This document shows positions 1-9,852 of a stretch of 64,000 bases of DNA, piece by piece (position 1 is the stretch's first letter; each line of letters starts with the position of its first letter). Both the position numbers and the translations under genes were made by a program. The stretch spans positions 64,919 through 128,918 of the forward strand of contig CAYRLW010000004.1 in the NCBI GenBank assembly GCA_964425215.1, written 5' to 3'. This DNA is from an uncultured Treponema sp. GTDB taxonomy: Bacteria; Spirochaetota; Spirochaetia; Treponematales; Breznakiellaceae. The notes under the pieces were generated by a model that had not been told where the DNA came from, searched no databases, and saw only the letters and a program-made list of their open reading frames with translations.

Positions 1-2
1 AA

Positions 3-419
3 CCGGGGCTATTGCTCGACGTGGATATTACCTCGATTAAACGGAAAAAAGCGACCCTGGATGGGATGGCCAACGTGTTGAACGAGTTCCTCCACGGGGT
101 TTCCAAGGGCTTCCAGGACGCGGCTTTCGCTTCCTTCAGCCGCCGCCGGTCCACGGTCCGCCAGGATATCAACCAATCCTTCGCCGAATCTACGGAAGAG
201 GGCCCCGCAAAGGATCCCGCCAAGGCGTATTTGGACATGCTGAACGCCGACGAAGGGGCGCCTATGATCGCCGATACGGTATCCGAACCGGTTGCAGAAG
301 CAAAACCCCCTCGAAGGGGGCGGGGAAAGGCCTCCGCTGGGGTGGTAGATGAAAAACCCGCCAAACGGAGCACCCGGAGGAGTAGAAACTCCGGTAGCGA
401 CGGAATGAAAGAGGTCTAA
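3..419 (+). CDS. 3' end of a gene that starts upstream of the window; hypothetical protein with a basic, Lys/Arg/Ala/Pro-rich C-terminal tail
   Basis: Reading frame is open to the window edge; the listed ORF only begins at an internal TTG (position 12); followed by an intrinsic terminator; no recognisable family. Confidence 0.35.
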   Translation, partial: PGLLLDVDITSIKRKKATLDGMANVLNEFLHGVSKGFQDAAFASFSRRRSTVRQDINQSFAESTEEGPAKDPAKAYLDMLNADEGAPMIADTVSEPVAEAKPPRRGRGKASAGVVDEKPAKRSTRRSRNSGSDGMKEV

Positions 420-432
420 ACAACCAAGGTTT

Positions 433-467
433 TAAAAAACGCCCCCGAAATACGGGGGCGTTTTTTC
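433..467 (+). terminator. Rho-independent terminator
   Basis: acgcccccg-aaata-cgggggcgt perfect 9-bp GC stem followed by tttttt. Confidence 0.7.
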
Positions 468-480
468 TAGGAGGTTCGAT

Positions 481-1545
481 ATGGCGCAGATAATTAATAA
501 TTTGGAGATCCTTTCAACTCGAACGGGTTTTAACTCCGCGGTGCGACATATAAAAGGTACCCTAGGGATTTTAGATATTTTAGGCTCCAAAGAAAATTTA
601 GCCGATGCCCTTGCCAGACCGGAGATGGCCGGCGCTTTTCAGGGTGATCAAATTGGCCTGCTTTTACGCATGCTTTTGGTGGATAAATTCGGTTATTCTG
701 TGGTTTCCGAAAACCTAAACTCTCCGGTTTCCGATCCCAGCGAATTGGCCCAAGAATTTGAAAAATGGAAAGCCGTGGATTTGGTGGTGGCGTACCATCA
801 CCCCGATTTAGGTCTTTTAATCGCCAATCCCAAGAGAAAGGACCATTTGATGTCCTTTGGAGCCCTACGGAAACGGGAACTGCTGGTCGTATACGGGGGA
901 AAATTCGATAAGGGGAGCGATCCTCTCTGCGAGGAAGCGGTCATTACGGCCGTAGCCCTGTTTGAGGGCCAAAAGGTAAAGGTTTCGGATGCCTTATACT
1001 CCGGACCATTTACCACTAAAAAACAAGCCCTCCCGTCAAAAAACACCGAAAAGAGCAGTCGGGGAAAAAAAGCCTCCGCCAAGGCTTCAAGCGCCAAAGG
1101 AGCAGTCCGGGGCGCTAAGGCAAAGCCTGCGCCAGCGGAAACGGGTCGCGGTACCCCGTCGGTAGGGGCCATCGCGGAGAAAGCAGTTGCTCCCGCCCCG
1201 GTCGTATCAGGACCCAGGCGGATGACCCCTATGTACTCCGTGGTGGTGCAAAATGAGCTGTTTCATAACGGCAATGTGGAAGCTTGGAAGAGGATTATAG
1301 ACAGCTATACGACCAAGTATCCGGGCCTGGAAGTGTACATTTATTACGATGGGGAGCGGATCATGAATATTAACTCCCTTTTTAAATGGGGAAAGGTAAA
1401 ACACGGCAGTACTATACAATTCGCCGTGGCAGGTTCGGATATCAAGGATGTGGCGAAACTTCAACGGTATCTGATGCAGGGTGCTAGCCCCATGTTTGAA
1501 TCCTTTCTACATGGTCCCGTTAGCACGGCCTTAAAGCTTTTCTAG
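481..1545 (+). CDS. hypothetical protein (354 aa) with a central Lys/Ala/Ser-rich linker
   Basis: Long ORF preceded by GGAGG RBS (471-475) 6 nt upstream of the ATG; no family recognised. Confidence 0.5.
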   Translation: MAQIINNLEILSTRTGFNSAVRHIKGTLGILDILGSKENLADALARPEMAGAFQGDQIGLLLRMLLVDKFGYSVVSENLNSPVSDPSELAQEFEKWKAVDLVVAYHHPDLGLLIANPKRKDHLMSFGALRKRELLVVYGGKFDKGSDPLCEEAVITAVALFEGQKVKVSDALYSGPFTTKKQALPSKNTEKSSRGKKASAKASSAKGAVRGAKAKPAPAETGRGTPSVGAIAEKAVAPAPVVSGPRRMTPMYSVVVQNELFHNGNVEAWKRIIDSYTTKYPGLEVYIYYDGERIMNINSLFKWGKVKHGSTIQFAVAGSDIKDVAKLQRYLMQGASPMFESFLHGPVSTALKLF

Positions 1546-1563
1546 GAGTCGGAGGATACCCCC

Positions 1564-4206
1564 ATGGATCAGAGAATACATTTTTTTAGTCATATCGACG
1601 CGATTCCCAAAAAGGTGGGGCCCGAGCTTTTGGGCATCCGGGGCCGGCAGGCTAACGAGTTCGCCGAATTGGCCTTTCCCATTCTTCCCGGATTTATTAT
1701 CGATACAAGATTAGCAAGCCATTTGGATTCGGAAAATATTTCAAAGGATTTAAAGACCCTATTGGATAAATGTTCCTCCATAGTGGGAAAATCCTTTGGA
1801 AACCCCGAAAATCCCCTTTTGGTAAAAATTGTCATTTCTTCAAATTTGGCGGTGACCAACTACCCGGCTTTGCATAATTTCGGTCTAGTCCGCTCCGTTA
1901 TCCCCGGTTTTGCCAAGTGGGTAGGTCCCTATTTCGCGGCCCACGAGGTGCTTTTCATGCTCCGAGGGATGCTAAAAATAGAGGAGCGGTTGGCGGAATT
2001 GGAAGAGCGGCCAGAGGACCAGGAAAAATTCAAAGAACAGAACAAAAACTTGAGCAAGGATATCAACTCGGACCGTCCCTCCAAAACAGCTTTGGAATAC
2101 ATGGATGAATTCGCCCCCCTGCTCCCGGCGGGTTTTTTTGATTCCGCCGAAGAACAGCTCACCATTACCTTAAAAGAAATTTCTCGAATGCTGGCTAAGG
2201 ATGACCAGAACGACGAAGACACGGCGTTGATGGTTCAACCCATGGTGTACGGAAACTACGGGAAAGATTCTTGCTCCGGGGCCTTTTTTACGAGGAACGT
2301 GGTTACGGGGGATAAAAAACTCCAGGGAGAGTTCTATCGGGAAAAGTTTAACGAGATTGGCGCTTCGGGCCAGGAAATCGAGAAAATCGGTCCTGTTCAT
2401 CTGAAGGAACTCCAGAGGATCGCGAGTACCCTGGAGGATAAGTTTAAAGAGATTAGACAGGTCCGGTTTACCGTGGAAAATGGAAAATTGTGGCTAATAG
2501 AACAACGGGCGGTGGATCAAAAATCTACCCAGGCGGATATAAAGTTATTGCTCGACCTGGCGAAGCGGAAAATAGTGGATGACGCCTACGTTATTAAGTC
2601 CATCGAACCGCTCCGGTTGAACGAAATTCTCCATCCGATTATCGACCCGGGAAGCACCAAGGGTTTACCCCAGTGGAGCGGCGGTATAGCCGGGGCTCCC
2701 GGAGCCGCCATTGGGCGGGTGTACTTTAGCACCGACGCCCTTCTGGAGGCCCGGAAGCTGGCTTTGCAAAAGAACGAGGATCATCGTCTGATCCTGGTAA
2801 TGAACTCTACCTTCGCGGAGGATGTAAAGGCCATCGAGGTTTCTACGGGGGTTCTTACCGGCGAGGGAGGCTACTCGGCCCATGCGTCGGTGGTTGCCCG
2901 ACAGTACGGTAAGGTTTCTCTGGTGGCCCCGGAAATGAAAATACGGGGTAAAAAGGCTACCCTGGGTAGCATTAGCTTTTCCGAGGGGGATTATATCACC
3001 CTTAACGTTCCCTACTACGGTGTTTCGTCGGTGTACCTGGGGACCGCCAAATTGATCGAACCGGATCCTCGGGAATCGGGGCTTTTGGATTTCATCGCCA
3101 TGGCAAAAAAATACGTGAAGGGTTTCCACGTTCGGGCGAACGCCGACAGTCCCCGGGATGCGGCTCTGGCCCTGTCCTTTGGGGCCGAAGGTATTGGGCT
3201 TTGCCGGACGGAACACATGTTCTTTGGCACCGAACGGATCAACGTATTCCGCGAAATGATCCTCTCCGACTCGGTAGAGGAACGGGCCCACGCTTTGGAA
3301 CGTCTACGGCCCATGCAGAGGGACGATTTTTACGGAATATTTAAAACCATGGCGGGAAAGGAAGTCACGATTCGTCTTTTGGACGCACCGCTCCACGAAT
3401 TTCTTCCCCATAACGACGAGGAATTCCAATCCTTTTTGGCCCACCTGGAGAAAAGTCAGGGTAAAAAACCCTCTAAGGCGGAGATCCAAGCCCGGATCGA
3501 AGCCCTGGAGGAATTTAACCCCATGTTGGGTCACCGGGGCTGTCGGATCGCCGTTTCGTATCCGGAAATTTACGCCATGCAAGTAAAGGCTATTTTTGAG
3601 GCCGCGTATAAATTGCGGTCAGAAAAAATAGATGTACGGCCGGAAATTATGGTGCCCATCGTGATGAACGATCAGGAATTAAAACTGATCGCCTACGGGA
3701 AAAAGATCGAGGGAACCAGCTACCACGGTATTATGGACGTGGAAGAGGAATTCCGTGCGGAAGTACGCGGAAAGCCCGTGGATTATAAAATAGGGACCAT
3801 GATCGAATTGCCCGCCGCGGCCCTGGGAGCCGGAGAGATTGCCAAATACGGTCGTTTCTTCAGCTTTGGAACCAACGACCTTACCCAAACCACCTTGGGT
3901 ATATCCCGGGACGACTTTACCGCCTTTATGCCCGACTATACGCTCTTTGACCTGTTGGAGGGAAATCCCTTTAGCACCCTGGACCCCCGGGTCCGGGAGC
4001 TGATATCCATGGCGGTTCAGCGGGGCCGGATGACCCGTCCCGATTTGGTCTGCGGACTCTGCGGAGAACACGGGGCAAACCCGGTAAACGTAAAGTTCTG
4101 TATGGATGCGGGGTTGAATTACGTATCCTGCTCGTCCTATTCGGTGCCCATCGCGCTTTTAGCGGTAGCCCAATTGGAACTGGAGCGGCTAGCCTCACAA
4201 AATTAA
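1564..4206 (+). CDS. ppdK: pyruvate, phosphate dikinase
   Basis: 880 aa; PEP-utilising enzyme signature (GGYSAHASVVARQYG phospho-His region, CRTEHMF, ATP-grasp N-terminus, TIM-barrel C-terminus GTNDLTQ). Confidence 0.93.
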   Translation: MDQRIHFFSHIDAIPKKVGPELLGIRGRQANEFAELAFPILPGFIIDTRLASHLDSENISKDLKTLLDKCSSIVGKSFGNPENPLLVKIVISSNLAVTNYPALHNFGLVRSVIPGFAKWVGPYFAAHEVLFMLRGMLKIEERLAELEERPEDQEKFKEQNKNLSKDINSDRPSKTALEYMDEFAPLLPAGFFDSAEEQLTITLKEISRMLAKDDQNDEDTALMVQPMVYGNYGKDSCSGAFFTRNVVTGDKKLQGEFYREKFNEIGASGQEIEKIGPVHLKELQRIASTLEDKFKEIRQVRFTVENGKLWLIEQRAVDQKSTQADIKLLLDLAKRKIVDDAYVIKSIEPLRLNEILHPIIDPGSTKGLPQWSGGIAGAPGAAIGRVYFSTDALLEARKLALQKNEDHRLILVMNSTFAEDVKAIEVSTGVLTGEGGYSAHASVVARQYGKVSLVAPEMKIRGKKATLGSISFSEGDYITLNVPYYGVSSVYLGTAKLIEPDPRESGLLDFIAMAKKYVKGFHVRANADSPRDAALALSFGAEGIGLCRTEHMFFGTERINVFREMILSDSVEERAHALERLRPMQRDDFYGIFKTMAGKEVTIRLLDAPLHEFLPHNDEEFQSFLAHLEKSQGKKPSKAEIQARIEALEEFNPMLGHRGCRIAVSYPEIYAMQVKAIFEAAYKLRSEKIDVRPEIMVPIVMNDQELKLIAYGKKIEGTSYHGIMDVEEEFRAEVRGKPVDYKIGTMIELPAAALGAGEIAKYGRFFSFGTNDLTQTTLGISRDDFTAFMPDYTLFDLLEGNPFSTLDPRVRELISMAVQRGRMTRPDLVCGLCGEHGANPVNVKFCMDAGLNYVSCSSYSVPIALLAVAQLELERLASQN

Positions 4207-4274
4207 CGCCCCTGAAAGGGTGGATCAAGGTTTTAGCCGTGGTTCACCCTTCCACGGTATCACCCGTAGGGTAC

Positions 4275-4318
4275 AAAAAAGCGGTTCCAGAAAACCAATC
4301 TGGAACCGCTTCCTTTTA
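4275..4318. terminator. hairpin between convergent genes, likely bidirectional terminator
   Basis: aagcggttccag-aaaaccaat-ctggaaccgctt 12-bp perfect stem; A-run upstream and T-run downstream, so a U-tract follows on the minus strand too. Confidence 0.5.
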
Positions 4319-4362
4319 AGCCCCTTATGTATGGGGCCTTTTATGTTATCACACGAGCGGTT

Positions 4363-4929
4363 TTATTCGTCCCGGTATTCGCTTTGAAATGACATGGTGG
4401 CTTTTACTATTTCCACGGTTCGTTTGGCTGCCCGTTTGGCGTCCGCCATGGGGACTGCGGCTTCTTTGTTGTAGGTTTTTTCAAAAAATATCGCCAGGGT
4501 GTCAAAGAGATCCGGAAGCCGGTAGAAGACAAGAGCGAAGTTTATACCCGTGGGCTTGAGGATGGTAAACGAGGAAAAGGAAACGATGGGTTCCTTGGCG
4601 ATCATGATACGGGTCTGATTTTTTGCCACCAGCTGTTCCAGTTCGCTAAAACGTAGGGGAATTTGATCCGCGCTGGATCGAACGTAGGGTTCTATCGCCT
4701 TGTTAGGGTAATTGGGCGGTTCGATCAGCACGTGGATCTTTTTACCGTTTGTCTGAAACGTAATCCCCTCTTCGTTTAAATAAATACTCTTGACCCCCGA
4801 ATAGGATACGATCTCGTATTTTGAGTAGGCCGAATTAGGGTTAAAGAACGAGGATACGATATACCCCTCGTCCTTTGGTAATTTATCCTGCGCGTAGGCT
4901 TCGAATAGGTCCATTGCCTTGCTTGCCAT
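4363..4929 (-). CDS. hypothetical protein (188 aa)
   Basis: ORF with plausible RBS; no family recognised. Confidence 0.45.
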   Translation of the reverse strand: MASKAMDLFEAYAQDKLPKDEGYIVSSFFNPNSAYSKYEIVSYSGVKSIYLNEEGITFQTNGKKIHVLIEPPNYPNKAIEPYVRSSADQIPLRFSELEQLVAKNQTRIMIAKEPIVSFSSFTILKPTGINFALVFYRLPDLFDTLAIFFEKTYNKEAAVPMADAKRAAKRTVEIVKATMSFQSEYRDE

Positions 4930-4989
4930 TGTTCCCTCCGTAATCTACCCAATTATATACTTTTTTCGTTGTTCGGCAACCATTTTTGG

Positions 4990-6942
4990 CTATTTTTTGG
5001 GGGCTCCCGGTTTTTTCTCCGTTCCCTTCGCACGGGGTTCCCGCTTACGGGCCTCTTCGGCGTAGCGCTGGGCCAGTTCCGCTACCCCGGTTTGTTTGTA
5101 CAACGCGGCCATCCACTGGTACGGCCGGGGATCCTGGGGCGCCAGTTCGCTGGCCCTTCGGAAGGCGTCCAGGGCGTCTTCCAGGCGTTTTTGACGGTAC
5201 CGGAGGGTACCTAACGCTAGGGCGACCTGGGCGGTGGTTTTAAAAAGGTCTTGGGCCTTTTCCAAGACCATGGCGGCGTAGTCCATGGCTCCGGATCGTT
5301 CTAAACATCCGGCAAATTCCAAAAGGAGCTTTATATCCCGGGGATTTTCTTTTAAGAGGTTTTTCAGCAGTACCGCAGCTTCCCGGTACCGTTCCATTTT
5401 TCGAAGCGCGTAGGACAACACTCGCCGCAGGGTCGGATTGGAGGGTTCCCAGGCTAGGAGGACCGTCAGCTCTTCGATAGCCCTAGGATAATCCTGGCGG
5501 TTAAAAAGAAAGAGGGCCCATTCCCGGCGAATGGTCCGATTGTCCGGCCACCGGGAGAGGTACAGTTCGTAGAGCCGCCGAAGCCTTGGTTCGGCCTTCC
5601 CGTCGCCCTCGGAAAGCTGGGCCTCCAGGGCGGCGATTTCTCCTAGATACGCCCGTTCGTTCCCCCCTTCCACGGTTCTGGTCTTGGCGTACCAGGTTTC
5701 CGCCAGGTCGCAGAGTCCTAGATGGAGGTACCGCTGGGCCAGGGCGAACATCAATTCGGCGATGGGGCCGGAACTTCGGATTGCCCGGATCAACTGCTCG
5801 ATAACAATTTTATCATCCTGGACGCTATGGTCCGCCCAAAGGGCCCGGAACCGTTCGATTATCACGGGTTCGGCGCCCAAACGATCGGCCTTATCCAGGG
5901 TTCGTTCCAGGGTATCCCAATCCTCCCGTTCCCAGGCCAGGATAATTTGGGCGTACCACAGTTCCGTCTGTTTGGGGGCCAGGGAAAGGGCCCGATCCAA
6001 GTGATTTTGAGCGGCCTCCAGATCCCCCAAATTGCGCAGGGCCTCGGAGTACATGGCGTGGATCGTTGGGTCGGGACGACGATGACGGAGCCAATCCCCG
6101 CAGGCTTGGGCCGCCCGTCGCCAGGAACGGCGTTCTAAAAGGGACCGGATCATAAAGCGATCCACCAATTCCTGGTTCCATGGAATTTCCGGTGGATCAC
6201 CCCCTAATTCTCGAACCGTTTCTATTTCCTGTTCCGCTTCTTTAATCCGTCCAAGGGCCATCAACATGGAACAGCGGTACCAGTGGATGGTCACATCCTG
6301 GGGCGCCAGGGCTACCGCGGCGGTGTACTGGGTCAGGGCTTCCTCTAATTGTCCCGATTCCCGGTACACCCGGCCTAATTCAAGCCGCAAAAGGGGTACG
6401 TCCACGCCGTTATTCAGGGTAAAACGGAGCATCTGGGCCCCCAGGTTTGCATCACCGGAACGGCAGAGCCGAATTCCCCGGATAAAAAGGGCATTAAGGT
6501 AGGCCCGGTAGATCCGAGGGTTATCCGGAGCCGCTTCCACGGCCCGTTCCAAGTATTCCACCGCCTCTTGGGATCGCTTGCTTTTAAGGTAAGCAATCCC
6601 TAAAAGGGCCAGGGTTTGGGTGGATTGGGGGTTTAGTTCCAGGGCTCGCTTTAAGAAGGGGAGGGCGTGGTAGGTCATGTTAAGGGCCAAATACGTCCGG
6701 CCGATGAAAAAATACGGAGATTTGGCCTGGGGACGCTGGGAAAGGTAATCCTTAAAGGTCGCCAGGGCCCGGCCGTAATCCCCCATGGCATGGTAAGAAC
6801 GGCCGAGCAATAACCACGCCTGCGGGGGAGCCGAGTCCTGGGCGACCAGCTCCTCCAAAAGCCGGGCGGCTAGGGGATAGTTCCTCTGTCCCCCGGCCTT
6901 GAGGGCTGGTTTTAGCCTAGGGTCGATTTTTACAGCCCCCAC
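4990..6942 (-). CDS. TPR-repeat protein (650 aa)
   Basis: Repeated 34-residue helical repeats (W/LG/Y/A/F/A/P pattern) throughout; immediately downstream of pta on the same strand (8-nt gap). Confidence 0.7.
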   Translation of the reverse strand: MGAVKIDPRLKPALKAGGQRNYPLAARLLEELVAQDSAPPQAWLLLGRSYHAMGDYGRALATFKDYLSQRPQAKSPYFFIGRTYLALNMTYHALPFLKRALELNPQSTQTLALLGIAYLKSKRSQEAVEYLERAVEAAPDNPRIYRAYLNALFIRGIRLCRSGDANLGAQMLRFTLNNGVDVPLLRLELGRVYRESGQLEEALTQYTAAVALAPQDVTIHWYRCSMLMALGRIKEAEQEIETVRELGGDPPEIPWNQELVDRFMIRSLLERRSWRRAAQACGDWLRHRRPDPTIHAMYSEALRNLGDLEAAQNHLDRALSLAPKQTELWYAQIILAWEREDWDTLERTLDKADRLGAEPVIIERFRALWADHSVQDDKIVIEQLIRAIRSSGPIAELMFALAQRYLHLGLCDLAETWYAKTRTVEGGNERAYLGEIAALEAQLSEGDGKAEPRLRRLYELYLSRWPDNRTIRREWALFLFNRQDYPRAIEELTVLLAWEPSNPTLRRVLSYALRKMERYREAAVLLKNLLKENPRDIKLLLEFAGCLERSGAMDYAAMVLEKAQDLFKTTAQVALALGTLRYRQKRLEDALDAFRRASELAPQDPRPYQWMAALYKQTGVAELAQRYAEEARKREPRAKGTEKKPGAPKK

Positions 6943-6949
6943 GGCGGAA

Positions 6950-7948
6950 CTATTTCGCCCTGGCGAGGGTTACCGCGGCCGTGACGACGATATCGTCCAC
7001 GGAACAGCCCCGGGAAAGATCGCTGATCGGTTTGGCGAAACCCTGCAGGAAGGGACCAAAGGCGTCCGCGTTCCCCAACCGTTGAACCAGTTTGTAGCCA
7101 ATGTTTCCCGCCCCCAGGTCGGGGAAGACCAGGGTGTTGACCTTGCCCCGCACGGGACTTCCGGGGGCCTTTTTATCGGTCACCGAGGGAACGAGCGCCG
7201 CGTCGGCCTGCATTTCCCCGTCCACCAAAAGGGCGGGGGCCCTCGTTTTAATAAGGTCTAAGGCCGAACGGACCTTGAGCACATCCGGATGATCACCCCC
7301 GGACCCCTTGGTGGAGAAGGAGAGCAGGGCTACCGCCGGTTCGACCCCTAAAAATTCCCGGCAGGATTGGGCCGCCGAAAGGGCTATCTCGGCTAACTGT
7401 TCCGCCGTCGGATCCGGGACCACCGCACAATCCGAAAATATCATGGCCCCGTCTACACCCCACTGGGGGTCCTTGGCCTGCATCACAAAGCAGGAGGAAG
7501 CGGTTTTGGAACCCGGTACCGTACCGATAATGGCCAAACCCGCCCGAAGCACATCGGCGGTGGTGCTTTCGGCCCCCGCGACCATCGCGTCGGCTTCTCC
7601 CCGGTGGACCATCATGGCCCCCCATCGGAGCTGGCCGACCATATCTTTTCGAGCCTGTTCTATGGTCATTCCCTTGTGTTTCCGCAGTTCGTAGTAGGTT
7701 TGGGCGTACGTTTCAAGCTGGGCTGAAGCCGCCGGATCCACCACCGTAATACCCGTTAGGGAAACCCCTTCCTTTGCGGCCACCGCTTTAACCGCCTCCG
7801 CGGGTCCCACCAGGGTAACCGATTTGGCGAGTTTTTCATCCACGATAATTCGAGCGGCCTTTACGGTCCTCGGTTCGGTACCCTCCGCTAAAACTAACTT
7901 TTTTTGAAGGTCCTTCGCTTTCTGGCGCATTTCCTTAACAAAATCCAT
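6950..7948 (-). CDS. pta: phosphate acetyltransferase (short, ~330-aa form)
   Basis: 332 aa; PTA_PTB family motifs ([34 protein letters not shown], DxSRGCS). Confidence 0.85.
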   Translation of the reverse strand: MDFVKEMRQKAKDLQKKLVLAEGTEPRTVKAARIIVDEKLAKSVTLVGPAEAVKAVAAKEGVSLTGITVVDPAASAQLETYAQTYYELRKHKGMTIEQARKDMVGQLRWGAMMVHRGEADAMVAGAESTTADVLRAGLAIIGTVPGSKTASSCFVMQAKDPQWGVDGAMIFSDCAVVPDPTAEQLAEIALSAAQSCREFLGVEPAVALLSFSTKGSGGDHPDVLKVRSALDLIKTRAPALLVDGEMQADAALVPSVTDKKAPGSPVRGKVNTLVFPDLGAGNIGYKLVQRLGNADAFGPFLQGFAKPISDLSRGCSVDDIVVTAAVTLARAK

Positions 7949-8082
7949 ACCCTACTCCTCAAAAAACCATTTTTTGGGTCAAAAAAACGGTGAAGTTCCC
8001 TTGACCTAGGATGGTAGAATACTCCCTTCCGGTATCAAATGTCTACTTGAGAGGCTCCGCCATAATCGGCTATAGTGGGTCC

Positions 8083-8859
8083 ATGACCGTGGGGGTGTAC
8101 GGCCTTGGCCGTTTTGGTTCCTTTTGGAGTTCCCTTTTAGCGCAACGGTTTGCCGTTGTCGCCTACGATAGAGACGGGGATAGAAGACCCCCCGAGGGGG
8201 TACGACGGGTAGCCGTGGAAGAGTTGGCCCAGGCTCCGGTGGTTTTTTTGTGCGTTACCATCCGCGCCCTTCCGGAGGTTCTAAAAAGCCTGGGACCCCT
8301 ATTGGGTGCGGACACCCTGGTGGTGGATACCTGTTCGGTTAAATTGTTTCCCCGCCGGTGGATGGAGGAATATTTGCCCCCCCATACGCCCCTTTTGGCC
8401 ACCCATCCCATGTTCGGTCCCGAATCGGCCAAGGATGGACTGGATGGGCTTTCCATTATGCTGGACCCCGTTCGGCTCGATAGGGATAGGTTTCAGTTTT
8501 GGGAAGATACCTTCGCTTCCTTTGGGCTTACCCCGGTCCGGATGACCTGCGATCAGCACGATAGGGAAGCCGCCTATTCCCAGGCGTTGACCCATTTTGT
8601 GGGCCGGTCTTTAGCTTCCCTGGGCTTGGTGGATACCCCCATCGCAACCCGGTGGTACAAAAAACTGCACACGGTGGTGAGGCAGTGCGTGCGGGATTCC
8701 CACGAGCTATTCGAGGATATGCAAAAATACAACCCCTACGCGACGCAAATGCGGCAGGAGGTGTTTCAGGCCCTGGTAGAAACCATGAATTCCCTGGGGG
8801 ATGATTGGCAAGGGCCCTTACAGAACTTTGGAGGATCGAATGACCGACGTTCGGAATGA
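8083..8859 (+). CDS. tyrA: prephenate/arogenate dehydrogenase
   Basis: N-terminal Rossmann GxGxxG (VYGLGRFG), PDH family core (DTCSVK, THPMFGPES, HDREAAYSQALTHF); start moved to ATG 8083 within the longer listed ORF. Confidence 0.7.
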   Translation: MTVGVYGLGRFGSFWSSLLAQRFAVVAYDRDGDRRPPEGVRRVAVEELAQAPVVFLCVTIRALPEVLKSLGPLLGADTLVVDTCSVKLFPRRWMEEYLPPHTPLLATHPMFGPESAKDGLDGLSIMLDPVRLDRDRFQFWEDTFASFGLTPVRMTCDQHDREAAYSQALTHFVGRSLASLGLVDTPIATRWYKKLHTVVRQCVRDSHELFEDMQKYNPYATQMRQEVFQALVETMNSLGDDWQGPLQNFGGSNDRRSE

Positions 8860-9205
8860 GAATTTAGACGATGAGGATTTTGATACGATCCTTTCTTCGG
8901 ATATTGATTTTAACGGGTCTATTAGCTTTGAGAAACCGTTTTTGATTCGAGGCCGGGTTACGGGGCAGATACACGCCCGGGACCTCCTGGTGGTGGACGA
9001 AAACGCCGTGGTAGAGGCATCCATCGAAGCGCCCCGTCTTATTATCCGGGGAACGGTGACGGGGAACGTGGTCTGTACCGAAAAGGTGGAAATAACCGCC
9101 GGTGGAAAATTAGTCGGCGACGTGGCCGCCCCGGAGGTTTTCATGGAGACCGGATGCGTGTTTAACGGTTTTTGTACCATGACTAAAAAGGCAGAATCGG
9201 TTTAG
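8840..9205 (+). CDS. bactofilin (DUF583) family cytoskeletal protein
   Basis: Beta-helical repeats IRGRVTG/IRGTVTGNV/KLVGDV typical of bactofilin; overlaps tyrA 3' end. Confidence 0.65.
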   Translation: MTDVRNENLDDEDFDTILSSDIDFNGSISFEKPFLIRGRVTGQIHARDLLVVDENAVVEASIEAPRLIIRGTVTGNVVCTEKVEITAGGKLVGDVAAPEVFMETGCVFNGFCTMTKKAESV

Positions 9206-9210
9206 AACGT

Positions 9211-9849
9211 ATGTATATCAAAAACATTCCCATGGCATTCACCCTATGGATGCTGATTCTTTTCCCGTTATCCCTTTTCGCCCAGGATAAACCTGACGCC
9301 CTTAAGGAATATCGGGACGGCAATTATCAAACCGCCGTGACCCTATGCCAAGATGAGATAGAAAACGATCCATCAAACCTGGAATCCTACGTGGTCATGG
9401 CTTGGAGTCTGCTTAAGTTGGGCCGGTACGACGAGGCGGCCTCGGCGGCCATAAAAGGTCAGGCAATTAGCCGCTACGATCCAAGGCTCGTGGAAATTCT
9501 AGGGGAAGCAAAGTACTTTCAAGGCAAGAACGCGGAGGCGCTTAAATATTTTCAGCAATACAGCACCCTCGCCCCGGAGGGGGGAAGAATCGATTTAGTC
9601 TATTTTTATATGGGAGAATTATATATTCGTTTTGCCCAATTTAAGCACGCCGATATTGCCCTTTCGACGGCGGTTCGGTACCAGACCGATAACGCTCTTT
9701 GGTGGACCCGCCTAGCCTACGCCCGGGAAAACGCCGGGGAAATTGACGGGGCTATAACCGCGTATGAACGGGCTTTGACCTTGGACGGCCAATCGACGGA
9801 CGCAAAACGGGGGCTGGATCGTACTCGGGAGTCCCGGGGAAACCGGTAA
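9211..9849 (+). CDS. TPR-repeat protein with signal peptide
   Basis: N-terminal hydrophobic signal, TPR-like repeats (YQTAV..C, EAKYFQGKNAEALKYF). Confidence 0.55.
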   Translation: MYIKNIPMAFTLWMLILFPLSLFAQDKPDALKEYRDGNYQTAVTLCQDEIENDPSNLESYVVMAWSLLKLGRYDEAASAAIKGQAISRYDPRLVEILGEAKYFQGKNAEALKYFQQYSTLAPEGGRIDLVYFYMGELYIRFAQFKHADIALSTAVRYQTDNALWWTRLAYARENAGEIDGAITAYERALTLDGQSTDAKRGLDRTRESRGNR

Positions 9850-9852
9850 TCC

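Noticed and set aside
12-419. Treating the first ORF as a complete 135-aa gene starting at position 12
   Set aside because: Position 12 is a TTG in a frame that stays open to the window edge. More likely it is the 3' end of a longer gene.
2665-3291. 208-aa antisense ORF inside ppdK
   Set aside because: Embedded in a highly conserved coding region on the opposite strand. GC-rich genomes produce such frames by chance.
8001-8020. TTGACC ... TAGAAT hexamers upstream of tyrA resembling a sigma70 promoter
   Set aside because: The spacer is only 8 nt, so the pair cannot function as a canonical -35/-10. Possibly an extended -10 only. Not reported as a promoter.
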